From the NCBI GenBank assembly GCA_030688315.1, contig JAUYIT010000008.1, positions 21,240 through 85,239 on the forward strand: DNA of 64,000 nucleotides, in the 5' to 3' direction. Positions 37,612-47,218 of this stretch are shown one piece after another. Under the pieces are notes generated by a model that did no database searches, was not told the DNA's origin, and saw only the letters and a list, made by a program, of their open reading frames with translations. The position numbers were made by a program, and so were the translations under genes. The stretch's first letter is position 1; each line of letters opens with the position of its first letter. This DNA comes from Candidatus Komeilibacteria bacterium. GTDB taxonomy: Bacteria; Patescibacteriota; Patescibacteriia; UBA1558; UBA10009.

Positions 37612-38745
37612 TTATGGTTTAACAAAGTGATCCGCGATATTATCGGTAGTAATACATTTAAAGCGAGCATTTGGGTATTTGTTTTTGAATGGAATGGGTA
37701 TCGCGGCTATTTCTTTCCACTTACATTCATAGGCAAAAATTTCTAGGCCATTTTTTTCTATCACATCAATTTCAATCCCAGTCCGTGTTCTCCAAAACAT
37801 AATTTCCGGCGGAAAAATTTCTAAAGTTCCTTTTTTCATCAGTTCCGTTACAAAAAAGTTTTCAAAAATCGCGCCCTTATCCGTCCGGGTATCCATCGAG
37901 GAAGCAATATCCACCAAGGCGTTACGAACGCCGTTATCAAGAAAGAAAACTTTAAATGCTTTTTTTAATTCAGTCCGCGGGTTATTAGAAAATGAATGGA
38001 CGCGCTTGATAATAAATGATTGCTCTAATAATCTAAGGTAGCGATTTACCGTTGCTCTGGTAACGCCCAATCCTTGGGCCAGTTCATTAACAGAAACCAT
38101 TGACCCAACCTGCAGCGCCAGCATTTTTAGCAAATCTTCAAAAATCTTGGAATCGCGGATAGCTTCAAAAACAAAAACATCCTTGTATAAATAATTGGTT
38201 ACAATGTTTTTAATGGTAAATAATTTTTCATCAATTGTCTCCGCGGCAACCACTGCCGGGTATGAGCCGAATTTTAGTAAAGAAAATAAGTCCGATTCGC
38301 TAATATTTGGATACGCCAAGCCAACTTCGCGCAAAGAAAGAGGCAGAAGTAAAAACTCATACGCCCGGCCGGTCATCGGCTCTTTTATTTTATTCGCCAA
38401 ATCAAACGAGGATGAACCGGTGGCGATAATTTGAACCCCCGGGTAGGTATCGTGAAATATTTTTAAAATACTGCCGATGTTTTGAATAGTTTGCGCTTCG
38501 TCAAAAACAACTATTTTTTTGTTTTGGGTGAGTGGTAATAACTTTTTTGGTTCGCCCAGCGAAAAATGAGTGCGGATATCAGCCAATTGGCAATCATAAT
38601 ACGCGCCTTGTTGGCCATAGGCGTCAATGATTTTTTTGGCCAAAGTGGTTTTTCCTGATTGGCGGGGACCTAAAATAACCACCATTTTACGCTTAAAAAG
38701 GACTGAAGCAATACGCGGTTCGATGTTTCTTTGGAAAATTTTCAT
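37612..38745 (-). CDS. AAA ATPase, COG1373-like (AAA_14 + DUF4143), paralog of 16509..17687
   Basis: Walker A GPRQSGKTTLA. Confidence 0.6.
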   Translation of the reverse strand: MKIFQRNIEPRIASVLFKRKMVVILGPRQSGKTTLAKKIIDAYGQQGAYYDCQLADIRTHFSLGEPKKLLPLTQNKKIVVFDEAQTIQNIGSILKIFHDTYPGVQIIATGSSSFDLANKIKEPMTGRAYEFLLLPLSLREVGLAYPNISESDLFSLLKFGSYPAVVAAETIDEKLFTIKNIVTNYLYKDVFVFEAIRDSKIFEDLLKMLALQVGSMVSVNELAQGLGVTRATVNRYLRLLEQSFIIKRVHSFSNNPRTELKKAFKVFFLDNGVRNALVDIASSMDTRTDKGAIFENFFVTELMKKGTLEIFPPEIMFWRTRTGIEIDVIEKNGLEIFAYECKWKEIAAIPIPFKNKYPNARFKCITTDNIADHFVKP

Positions 38746-38836
38746 AATTATAGTATAGCAAATTGCTACTAAACAAGCAATTTGTAATAGTTAACCAAAA
38801 ATGCCTTTAAAATAAGGGTTTTATGTGGTAATCTTT

Positions 38837-39349
38837 TTATTCGTAGAATATTTTTACCATTTTTGGCAGATCGCTTTTGGTTTTTTCGCCGCTCGCGATG
38901 CGGTCAAACAGTTCTTGAGGCTTAAGCCAAAGATATTCAAAAAAGTCGTTGGGGTTGTAATTTGGCGCATCTTCCATTTTGGTTTCATAAACTTTCATAT
39001 AAGCCGAAACGCCGTCTTGCGGAGTAAGATAACCCAAAAATTTTAAATTAATTTGCTCAACGTCAAGATTCAATTCTTCCAGCGTTTCTCTTTTTAACGC
39101 CTCTTCATAAGTTTCGCCCGCGCTAACGTGTCCGCCCATACTGCAATCCAAATGCAAAGGACAGTGCGCTTTTTCAGTCCGCCTTCTGGGTAGCCAGATT
39201 TTTCCTTCAGAATTTACCACAAAAAGATTGACTACCCTAAAACCGAAGTTTTGATAGCCCTCGGCGTAAACTTCCGACCTTTTCTTTTGTCCGATTACCA
39301 GGTCGTTAACATCAACCAGGTCAAGATATTCTTCCGTGGAATTTATCAT
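38837..39349 (-). CDS. NUDIX hydrolase
   Basis: NUDIX box GGHVSAGETYEEALKRETLEELNL. Start at MINSTEEY. Confidence 0.7.
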   Translation of the reverse strand: MINSTEEYLDLVDVNDLVIGQKKRSEVYAEGYQNFGFRVVNLFVVNSEGKIWLPRRRTEKAHCPLHLDCSMGGHVSAGETYEEALKRETLEELNLDVEQINLKFLGYLTPQDGVSAYMKVYETKMEDAPNYNPNDFFEYLWLKPQELFDRIASGEKTKSDLPKMVKIFYE

Positions 39350-39356
39350 AAATATT

Positions 39357-39599
39357 TTATCGATGAGGGCAACCGGCCCAACAACAAGGCCGGCGCATTC
39401 CGCCGTTAAGTTTAGAGAGCGTTTTGTTGATACGAATAGTTCTTGTCTCTGCTTTTTTGCCGGAAATAACCCAGCAGATCCATTCGTTGCGGGCGAGCGG
39501 AGTAATACTTTTCCAGGCCTTACCAGCTGTTGGCAAGGCAATCAGGGCCTTTTTTAAATCGGCGGGCATTTTATGCGGCGCCTTAGCAGTGATTTTCAT
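39357..39599 (-). CDS. YdeI/OmpD-associated (OmdA) family protein
   Basis: 80-aa translation ..LKKALIALPTAGKAWKSITPLARNEWICWV.. matches the family. Confidence 0.55.
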   Translation of the reverse strand: MKITAKAPHKMPADLKKALIALPTAGKAWKSITPLARNEWICWVISGKKAETRTIRINKTLSKLNGGMRRPCCWAGCPHR

Positions 39600-39635
39600 A
39601 TATTTAAAATAGGTGTTTACTTCCGCAAGTCAAGG

Positions 39636-39956
39636 TTAATTGTTTAAGCCCATCTTATCAAGATACCGATTTACAACCTCCGCAACAAGATCCTGCCTGG
39701 CCTTTGCTAATATCGGAAGCGTAATAATCACGGAAGCATTATCAGTCGGTAAAAGTTCAACTTTGCCTTGATTAAAATCAGTCAGACGGGTAAGAAATTC
39801 ATCTAGCCAGGAAGGCGTTACCGTCAGCACGTCATCAAAACTTATTTGCACCGGAGTGTTGGGGTCTAATTGAGGCCGAATAGCATTAAAAGCTTCTTGG
39901 CCGGCGGGGCGTGAGACAAGGATGTTGCCGAATTTTTTAAGTTGTATAATTTGCAT
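39636..39956 (-). CDS. DUF4325 STAS-like domain protein
   Basis: 106 aa with the pattern FG..LVSRPAG.EAFNAI......PVQISFDDVLTVTPSWLDEF. Confidence 0.5.
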   Translation of the reverse strand: MQIIQLKKFGNILVSRPAGQEAFNAIRPQLDPNTPVQISFDDVLTVTPSWLDEFLTRLTDFNQGKVELLPTDNASVIITLPILAKARQDLVAEVVNRYLDKMGLNN

Positions 39957-39966
39957 ATTAATTAAT

Positions 39967-40695
39967 TTAAAAGGTTATAACACAATAAGTGCCGCGGACA
40001 TTTTGATCAGACATAGCTATAGTAAGAGTTCCGGGTTTTTTAGTTGGGACAGTTACCACCCCAATGCCTGACCGGAAAATAAGTCCAATCTCGCGTGACT
40101 CTAGTGTTTTACGAACAACCTTTAGTCCGTTGCCTCTTTTTTCCGGATTTCTGCCTGACAGAATCTCCGTAAAAGCGACCCGCAATGCTTCCAGATCATT
40201 ATCAATAGACGGCCTTACCTGCCTGAGAGTGGCTTTAACACCACGGCCTCGGTCGGCTATGACGATAGTTTTTTTATTAAGATCAAATGCGTAAAAGATT
40301 CCCGGTATATCCGGCCAATTGCCCACATTGTGGGCAAAGGAATTATCGCCAATCTCACTGGCCACAAGAGTAATAAGAGAAACCAGGTCATTAGAAAATT
40401 TTCCAGCTTGTTGTAAATTTATAGCCATTTTTTGCGCTCTGCTTGTAAACCGATCAGGACGCTCACAGTAGTATTCATCCGTAAGATCCGGCGGGATTTC
40501 ACTTGTGGCCCAAACTAATCCCAGCGCCTTGATATCTAAGGCGAATTTTTTAAGATCTATGAGTGAATAATAACGTTGGTTTCCGGGACTTCTGTGGGCT
40601 TGAAGTTTTCCGGATTTTTCCCAATTACGTAAAGTTTGACCGGATACGCCTAGTATCTGCGCCGCTTCGCTTATCCTGACTTTATTATCATTCAT
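39967..40695 (-). CDS. MerR-family HTH fused to GHKL (HATPase_c) ATPase/kinase-like domain
   Basis: N-terminal ISEAAQILGVSGQTLRNWEKSGKL (MerR HTH); C-terminal N-box SEIGDNSFAH, DRGRG and GNGL boxes. Confidence 0.6.
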   Translation of the reverse strand: MNDNKVRISEAAQILGVSGQTLRNWEKSGKLQAHRSPGNQRYYSLIDLKKFALDIKALGLVWATSEIPPDLTDEYYCERPDRFTSRAQKMAINLQQAGKFSNDLVSLITLVASEIGDNSFAHNVGNWPDIPGIFYAFDLNKKTIVIADRGRGVKATLRQVRPSIDNDLEALRVAFTEILSGRNPEKRGNGLKVVRKTLESREIGLIFRSGIGVVTVPTKKPGTLTIAMSDQNVRGTYCVITF

Positions 40696-40893
40696 ACTTA
40701 GATTAGGTTACTTTATAAGAATACAGCATAAACTTATAAAAGTCAAGTAAACTTTATAAGTTTAGTATTCAAACTTATAAAAAATCATATTTTCCAAGGG
40801 ATATTTACATTGACTAAAGATAATAATATATTGACAAACGATAAACAATGGTTTAAACTTTAGAGGTGGGTTTAATAATTAACTAAAAAACCT

Positions 40894-41382
40894 ATGGTAA
40901 AACGAAGTTCAATAATATTTCTTCAGGTAGTTATTGTGCTAATCGGCATCGGCGCACTGGCTTTGATGCTTTGGGAACCTCACCTTGAGGGCAGAAATAT
41001 AAACGCCACTAACTTTGAAATGTACTTTAAAGATCCATTCTTGGCGTATGCCTATACGGCATCTATTGCCTTTTTTGTGGCGCTTTACCAAGCATTTAAA
41101 CTGTTGGAGTTTGTAGGGCAAAACCAAGTATTTTCGGCAGCATCCGTAAAAGCTTTACGGACTATAAAATACTGCGCTATGATATTTGTCGCTTTTATTG
41201 TGGGAGCGGAAGGATACTTTTTAATTGTTCAGCGCAAAGTGGAGGAGGATATTGCCGGCGGCGTGATGATGGGGTTGGTGCTGATTTTTATTTCCGTCGT
41301 AGTTGCTACTGCCGCGGCCGTGTTTGAAAAAACTTTACAAAGCGCTTTGGAGATAAAGTCCGAAAACGACTTGACGGTTTAA
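40894..41382 (+). CDS. DUF2975 family membrane protein (paralog 1)
   Basis: 4 TM helices plus the conserved C-terminus ..LEIKSENDLTV. Confidence 0.5.
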   Translation: MVKRSSIIFLQVVIVLIGIGALALMLWEPHLEGRNINATNFEMYFKDPFLAYAYTASIAFFVALYQAFKLLEFVGQNQVFSAASVKALRTIKYCAMIFVAFIVGAEGYFLIVQRKVEEDIAGGVMMGLVLIFISVVVATAAAVFEKTLQSALEIKSENDLTV

Positions 41383-41407
41383 TGATAACAAATAATCAAA
41401 TTATTTT

Positions 41408-41890
41408 ATGAAACGTGCCTCAACCATTTTTTTAAGAATAGCCGTCATTTTTTTGGGATTGGTGGCCCTGGCTTTATACATTTTTGCCTTGCCCGCGATC
41501 TATAAAGGCGGATCCGCGGAATTTCCAATGGCGAGCCTTGCTCTATTAATAATCGTCTGTATTTTATACGCTATGGCCATTCCGTTTTTTATCGCCCTGT
41601 GGCAGACCTTAAAATTATTAAGCTATATTGATCATAATCGGGCCTTTTCCGATTTATCCGTGCAGGCCTTGAACAATATTAAATATTGCGCGAGTATTTA
41701 CGCGGTTTTGGCTTTTGTTTGCGTGCCTTTGGTAGTTCCGATTGCCGACGCGGATGACGCGCCTGGGGCCATAGTTTACGCCGCGGCGCTGGCCTGTGCT
41801 CCCGTGGCCGTAGCTGTGTTTGCGGCTATTTTGCAAAAATTGTTGCGGGAAGCGCTTGATATTAAATCAGAGAACGATTTAACCGTTTAA
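41408..41890 (+). CDS. DUF2975 family membrane protein (paralog 2)
   Basis: Same architecture; C-terminus ..LDIKSENDLTV. Confidence 0.5.
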   Translation: MKRASTIFLRIAVIFLGLVALALYIFALPAIYKGGSAEFPMASLALLIIVCILYAMAIPFFIALWQTLKLLSYIDHNRAFSDLSVQALNNIKYCASIYAVLAFVCVPLVVPIADADDAPGAIVYAAALACAPVAVAVFAAILQKLLREALDIKSENDLTV

Positions 41891-41894
41891 AATT

Positions 41895-42098
41895 ATGGCC
41901 ATTATAATCAACATTGATGTGGTGCTGGCAAAAAGAAAAATGAGCGTCACGGAGCTGGCGGAAAAAGTGGGCATAACCATGGCCAATATTTCCATTTTAA
42001 AAAACGGCAAGGCCAAGGCCATCCGTTTATCAACTTTAGAAGCGATTTGTAAGGCGCTAAACTGCCAGCCGGGAGATATTTTAGAGTTTAAAGATTAA
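41895..42098 (+). CDS. XRE-family (Cro/C1-type) HTH transcriptional regulator
   Basis: 67 aa, ..MSVTELAEKVGITMANISILKNGK.. The gene pairing with DUF2975 is conserved. Confidence 0.7.
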   Translation: MAIIINIDVVLAKRKMSVTELAEKVGITMANISILKNGKAKAIRLSTLEAICKALNCQPGDILEFKD

Positions 42099-42115
42099 GA
42101 ACCTTACTTTATAGT

Positions 42116-42607
42116 TCAACCCTGATTGATATTAGAGTTTACTTTCTCTAAAATCTCGGTTGGGTTGAAATGTCCATGATTTTCTAATCTCAACAGTGGT
42201 AAATTTGCTTCTTTTAGAACTCTTTCAACTTCTGCATCTCTATCCTTTCGATTTTGCTGTTCGTGGGTTCGGTCGTCAAGTTCAATAGCCAGCTTTGGCG
42301 AAACATATACCTTATCACACAAAACAAAATCTACTGATTTTTGATTGATGTGACGAAAAGCTGCCCGCCAGCTTTGGCCCTTAACCTTGTTATCTATGAT
42401 TGATGGTAAGTGAACCTGGGGAAAAATGAAGTATTTTTCGCCTAAGGCGATAATCAAGGCGTCATAGCATTCATGTTCCGCTCGAGACATAAAAAACTTT
42501 TTCCGCTTATATTGGTATTGAGGGGGCTTATGTTTGTAGCCATGTGAAAGCTTGGCGAGGACAGTGATTATTATTAACACTGCAATGATTATGACGAATT
42601 TTGTCAT
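42116..42607 (-). CDS. membrane-anchored DUF2726 (restriction-endonuclease-like fold) protein
   Basis: N-terminal TM then ..SVDFVLCDKVYVSPKLAIELDDRTHEQQNRKDRDAEVERVLKEANLPLLR. Confidence 0.5.
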   Translation of the reverse strand: MTKFVIIIAVLIIITVLAKLSHGYKHKPPQYQYKRKKFFMSRAEHECYDALIIALGEKYFIFPQVHLPSIIDNKVKGQSWRAAFRHINQKSVDFVLCDKVYVSPKLAIELDDRTHEQQNRKDRDAEVERVLKEANLPLLRLENHGHFNPTEILEKVNSNINQG

Positions 42608-42786
42608 GGTTTTTAATTTCGCTGAATATAAATTTTTGCGGAGGCGTAAGCTTTCTAGATGCCACTGTGAACTCATTCTTTGACACCCAATCTCCTTACT
42701 TCTAATTTCCTCTAACTATTGTAGGGTCGAAATCCCTCCTAAACCCTTTATTTTATTGATTAAAATAGCGGCTCCTCTAATTGCCC

Positions 42787-44214
42787 CTAAAAATTTGCTT
42801 CATAGTAGGTGTGTTTTCCTGCTCCGCCTGAGTGGATAAGGCCTAATTCCTGCATCTTGTTTAAATCATAGTTGATTGTCTGTCGTGGAACAGAGGAAAG
42901 AATTTCATCACATATCCCTACTGTGATTCTTTTTTTTTCAACAAGATAATCCCAAATACGAAATTGTCGCTCATTTAACTTGCTTAATTTTTCACCAGGT
43001 AAGATCACCTTGAAACTATTAGTGGTATTTTTAAAAATTGGTTGAATCAATCCCCATTTTTCCATTTCTGTAAAAATAATATCAATACCTCTGCCATATT
43101 CTTCTAAGTAGTCAAGATCTTTTAAGCGCGCAGCTATAGTTTCGTTGCGGCTGACCTGGGCATCGCGGATGTTATCTATAGTTACTCCAGGTGGCAAACA
43201 GCCCGGGTTAAAAACTTCAAGCCTATCCTCGAATACATTGACCTGGGCGTATGTTTCGGTAATTCTATAGTCACGGTGGATAATAGCATTAGCGATAATC
43301 TCACGGATCGCCTTTTCCGGATATTCATATCTATCAACTCTTTTCGTACCGACAATTTGAGCACTTGTACGTATATTACGCAGTATAAATTTTTGCATCG
43401 TGTCAATTTGTTCATTTAACGTTCCATCTATGTCCGCCTTATCTATAATATCTGTTGCTACATTTGATCCTTTGTATTTCACACAACGAACAGTATAGCG
43501 ACTGAATGATCGTCTGAGTTGAGGCTTCTCTTTTGCAAAAATAAGAAAACCACCGAAAGTTGGAAAGTTTCCACCATCAAATGTATCGGCTATATTAAGA
43601 TTTTTAAGCAAATCAAAATCTATTTCCTCAATTCGAGCATCGCGGCTCGTCCTTTGTCCCATTCTAGACAGAAGGTCATATATTTTCTTTTCCGATAAAT
43701 CACTAAGTTGTGTATCCGGCGCTTTGGTGCTATCAAATTTTGAAAGCTTCGCGTTATCAAGAAATCGTAGCATTTCCTCATGTGTAATTTTTCTATCGGT
43801 ATTGCCATCGCGTATGTAAGCGCCATTAGGCATACCCGCATCCTTGTGATAACAAGGTTTATGCTGATCCGAACATTCAGAAATATATATAGCTAGTATA
43901 GTTTTATCACCTATGGTTATTGGAAAATACTCCGGACGAATGACAACGCTCATCTGACTACTTACTACATCACTCATTTTTTCTTGTAAAACCGCAAGCT
44001 CAGTAATTCCCGTAGCTTCCATGGAATTTTTTGACCTTTCCTCAGTAACACCAAATACAATAAAACCCCCGCCAGGATGATGAGAAAAAGAGGAAATGGT
44101 TTTCCATGTATCATGAGGGAAGCCGCCACGAGCATCTTTAAACTCAACATTGGATGTTTCCGAGCCTAATCTTATTGTTTCCTCAATGATTTGTTTAACC
44201 TTGGATTCATCCAT
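42787..44214 (-). CDS. COG2865-type Schlafen-like AlbA_2 + HATPase_c_4 + wHTH protein
   Basis: N-terminal ..ETSNVEFKD.. (AlbA_2), mid ..AIREIIANAIIHRDY.., and a C-terminal wHTH. Confidence 0.6.
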   Translation of the reverse strand: MDESKVKQIIEETIRLGSETSNVEFKDARGGFPHDTWKTISSFSHHPGGGFIVFGVTEERSKNSMEATGITELAVLQEKMSDVVSSQMSVVIRPEYFPITIGDKTILAIYISECSDQHKPCYHKDAGMPNGAYIRDGNTDRKITHEEMLRFLDNAKLSKFDSTKAPDTQLSDLSEKKIYDLLSRMGQRTSRDARIEEIDFDLLKNLNIADTFDGGNFPTFGGFLIFAKEKPQLRRSFSRYTVRCVKYKGSNVATDIIDKADIDGTLNEQIDTMQKFILRNIRTSAQIVGTKRVDRYEYPEKAIREIIANAIIHRDYRITETYAQVNVFEDRLEVFNPGCLPPGVTIDNIRDAQVSRNETIAARLKDLDYLEEYGRGIDIIFTEMEKWGLIQPIFKNTTNSFKVILPGEKLSKLNERQFRIWDYLVEKKRITVGICDEILSSVPRQTINYDLNKMQELGLIHSGGAGKHTYYEANF

Positions 44215-44479
44215 AAAATAATTTTAGCTCTCTATGAGAATGATTTTTATTAATAACGGATTTAGTAATTTTGACACCATTAATGCTGTTTGTGATCCTC
44301 TTGACGCTAAATTTTTCTGGCGGTGTACTAAGGTCTGGTACACCGAAAGTAAGGACATTATAAGGGGTTTTTGAGTTTCTGTCCAGATGGCCTTAGAGGT
44401 ACTCGGGTCGGGGTCTAAAAAGGCTAAATGAGACAAATGAGACTGTCCTTAAGGGGTAGACCGCGCGTCTCATTTAATA

Positions 44480-45709
44480 TTAACGCTTTTTTCTTTTCTT
44501 TTCCAAGTTTAAGTGATATTGATGAAATTTATCATCATCGCGCTCTTTATCTAGAGTCATAATTTCAAAGGTTCTGCCGCGTCGATAAGGGCCATACAAT
44601 CTTGCAAATTCGCCTTTAAATTTATCAAGGCTGTTAAATTCACTATGGTTCTTGGTTTCTTTGTTGTAATCCGGATCCCAGGGTAACCGTCCATATTCGT
44701 CCATGGCGCCGCCTGTTCCATCGTTATTCCCCCACATTATTTCACCTCCCCAATGGATTGGACGAGGGTCAGGCATAAGTAAATAACCATCGCCAAACAT
44801 ATTCCATTGGGTTGTGGATACATATTTTTCAGGGTAAAGCCAAGCTTCTTTAGCTGCCCCTATAAATTGATAAGCTCTGCGTTTTATAATATAGTTAATA
44901 TCCCATACTTCTTGTTCGGTTAAATGGCGTAAAGTTTGGATTTCGGTAAATTTAAAAATCGCTCCTCGGAATGGTTGAGCATTAGGCCTTAATGATCTTT
45001 CGGGTTGGTACGGGTTCCTAACCCAAGATAAGTTAGTGAGTATAAGTATTTTATTTAATGATAAAGGAAAAATAGTGTGGGTTGCGTTGAGCCAAATATC
45101 CGGGTCATTGGCTTCCCGACACCATTGTGAACGTGGGCCGCATACTCGATTATAGACAGTAACAGGATGATCAGAAATTATGAATTTGACATTTAATTGG
45201 GTTGCATCAGCAATTTGCCAAACACACTCAGTCCATATAGCACAATGAAGCTGCCTGAGTTTTAACATCGATTCCAATATTTGATTTTTACTAGCAGTTT
45301 TTGACTGTTCAGAAAGCCAAGCTAATCCTTTTGGCGTTCTAAGTTTCTGCGTACTCATAAACAGCATCAAATCTTCAAAAGCTTTGCCGTCAACAGAAGG
45401 GTGTTGAAAATTCGTAAAATATTCTACGGCATTTCTGCCATTTCTATCAATTTTGCCAAAAAAGTATTGTTCAATTTTTGTAGATTCAACATTTTGAAAT
45501 TGAGTAGTATAAAGATCTTTTTTGGCAAAGCAAAAATTAAAACCTTGCTTTTTAATTGGTTTACTTGGATGAGCTATGCCTCGGGGATCAATAAATTGAC
45601 CTGGTTTAAAATTCAGATAATACAGCTCGTTATCCTTTTGTCCGACCGACAAAAAGCGTTTTTGATACCAAACCGGAACATAATGATTATTTCTATATTG
45701 ATTTGACAT
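44480..45709 (-). CDS. DUF4238 family protein
   Basis: N-terminal NHYVPVWYQKRF is the DUF4238 signature (HYVPQFYLRGF-like). Confidence 0.6.
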   Translation of the reverse strand: MSNQYRNNHYVPVWYQKRFLSVGQKDNELYYLNFKPGQFIDPRGIAHPSKPIKKQGFNFCFAKKDLYTTQFQNVESTKIEQYFFGKIDRNGRNAVEYFTNFQHPSVDGKAFEDLMLFMSTQKLRTPKGLAWLSEQSKTASKNQILESMLKLRQLHCAIWTECVWQIADATQLNVKFIISDHPVTVYNRVCGPRSQWCREANDPDIWLNATHTIFPLSLNKILILTNLSWVRNPYQPERSLRPNAQPFRGAIFKFTEIQTLRHLTEQEVWDINYIIKRRAYQFIGAAKEAWLYPEKYVSTTQWNMFGDGYLLMPDPRPIHWGGEIMWGNNDGTGGAMDEYGRLPWDPDYNKETKNHSEFNSLDKFKGEFARLYGPYRRGRTFEIMTLDKERDDDKFHQYHLNLEKKRKKR

Positions 45710-45760
45710 GAATAGTCGTAGGCCAAGGCGAAAACATCGCCTTGGCCTAACAATTATTTA

Positions 45761-45961
45761 TTATTTCCTATTATAGGGCGACTGGTTGACGGGATCAAGG
45801 GTGATGTCTTCCTCTGATGCTTTGCTATAAATTGAACCCTCTGTTCTACCCAGCTTTAATCCAATAACCCTAGTTGGCGTATTTTGGTCAGCCAATTTTT
45901 CAAGCTTTTGGATTTCTGCCGGCGTCCATGGTTTGCCGGAATTGCGATTGTACTTAGCCAT
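45761..45961 (-). CDS. small putative DNA-binding protein (GcrA-N-terminal/Myb-like HTH pattern)
   Basis: ..KPWTPAEIQKLEKLADQNTPTRVIGLKLGRTEGSIYSKA.. resembles the W..E...L..L...G.S...IA..LGRT motif. Confidence 0.3.
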   Translation of the reverse strand: MAKYNRNSGKPWTPAEIQKLEKLADQNTPTRVIGLKLGRTEGSIYSKASEEDITLDPVNQSPYNRK

Positions 45962-46092
45962 ATCGGTTGTTTTTCTTAACCTTTCGGTTGTTATTTTTAG
46001 TAGCTTAGCTTTAGGCGATTACGACGTTATCCTTGGCGAAGCATTCATATGACATTGTAAGCTAACGCTGTACATTTGTCAAGCAAAAAAAA

Positions 46093-46806
46093 TTATAAAC
46101 TCATTTGTGTCTCTTTAGCGACAGGATATAGGCCGTCTAACCTTATTTTTGCCACGATTGGATTGATATTAAAAATATCAACGATTGAATTTATTGCCAA
46201 CGCTCTTTTAGTGGGATCAAGTTGTTTAATGCCCAACAATCCGGCCTTTATTTTGTAAGGTTCTAATGCTTTTTCAAGCAACGGCCGAGGTAATAATAAA
46301 GATCCTATAACAGAATTAGCCTGAAATTCCCACCATCGTCCATCGTAAGTTTTTAAAGATCCGGAATGGTCATTTCCTGGGACGTCTCGGCATAAAACCT
46401 TTGGCCTCCGAGGGTTTTGATAATCCGCAAATAATGGCCTGCTTGATGAAAGATTGGAAAATAAATGGGTATGCAACAGACAATGCCCGGCTTCATGCGC
46501 CAAAGTACTTCTAATCCGTCTTTCTGAGGCTTGGCTATTTTCTTCATCCAAACATCTGTTTATCATCATCGCTTGAACTCCTGTTTGACTGAAAATAGTA
46601 TAACCCAGGATACTATTTTCCATGTTTTCATATTGAGGAGTAATGTTGTATTTTTTTTCAATAAACCTATCTATTCTAATCGGAGCAGGTTCAAGGGGTA
46701 ATAATTCGTTTGCTTGAAGCTCGCTAAGGCAAATACTTTCGATCTCTTGCGGAGTAAAATAAGGCCTTTCCTTGAAAGGCCCGGTATGCGCTTTAAAGGT
46801 TTTCAT
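46093..46806 (-). CDS. ImmA/IrrE family metallo-endopeptidase (DUF955)
   Basis: HEXXH-type motif LAHEAGHCLLH. Immediately downstream of and overlapping the XRE gene. Confidence 0.7.
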   Translation of the reverse strand: MKTFKAHTGPFKERPYFTPQEIESICLSELQANELLPLEPAPIRIDRFIEKKYNITPQYENMENSILGYTIFSQTGVQAMMINRCLDEENSQASERRIRSTLAHEAGHCLLHTHLFSNLSSSRPLFADYQNPRRPKVLCRDVPGNDHSGSLKTYDGRWWEFQANSVIGSLLLPRPLLEKALEPYKIKAGLLGIKQLDPTKRALAINSIVDIFNINPIVAKIRLDGLYPVAKETQMSL

Positions 46807-47147
46807 TTCTTTCGCCCTTTATTTAATTTTTTAATAATATCATCAGCGTCTGCTTTATTTTTAATATCACCCATTACTTGCCGGAAGGCAAAGCCAAATC
46901 CAGGATGAAGTTCATTCATGCGTTTTAATTCTTCAACTGGCGGCCGTGTGTCAAAAGTTAATAAATAATCAACCTTTACTTCTAATAAATCGGCAATTTT
47001 ACTTAATACATGATTGGATGGAAATCTCCTTCCTAATTCAATATCCGAGATAAAAGGAGCGGATAACTTTAATTTATCAGCGAATTCACGCAAAGAGTAT
47101 TCTTTTTTCTGCCTTAAATCCCTAATTATATTGCCTAGATTTTCCAT
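46803..47147 (-). CDS. XRE-family HTH repressor (ImmR-like)
   Basis: ..YSLREFADKLKLSAPFISDIELGRR.. 4-nt overlap with ImmA. Confidence 0.7.
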   Translation of the reverse strand: MENLGNIIRDLRQKKEYSLREFADKLKLSAPFISDIELGRRFPSNHVLSKIADLLEVKVDYLLTFDTRPPVEELKRMNELHPGFGFAFRQVMGDIKNKADADDIIKKLNKGRKK

Positions 47148-47218
47148 ATTTACAGCTTAGTTTAACTAGTGTAAGCTTATAATGTTAATCAATTTTTGTC
47201 AATCAACCGTCAACATAT

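Noticed and set aside
44224-44436. 70-aa ORF between the Schlafen-like gene and DUF4238
   Set aside because: No start context and no family features. It is probably non-coding spacer.
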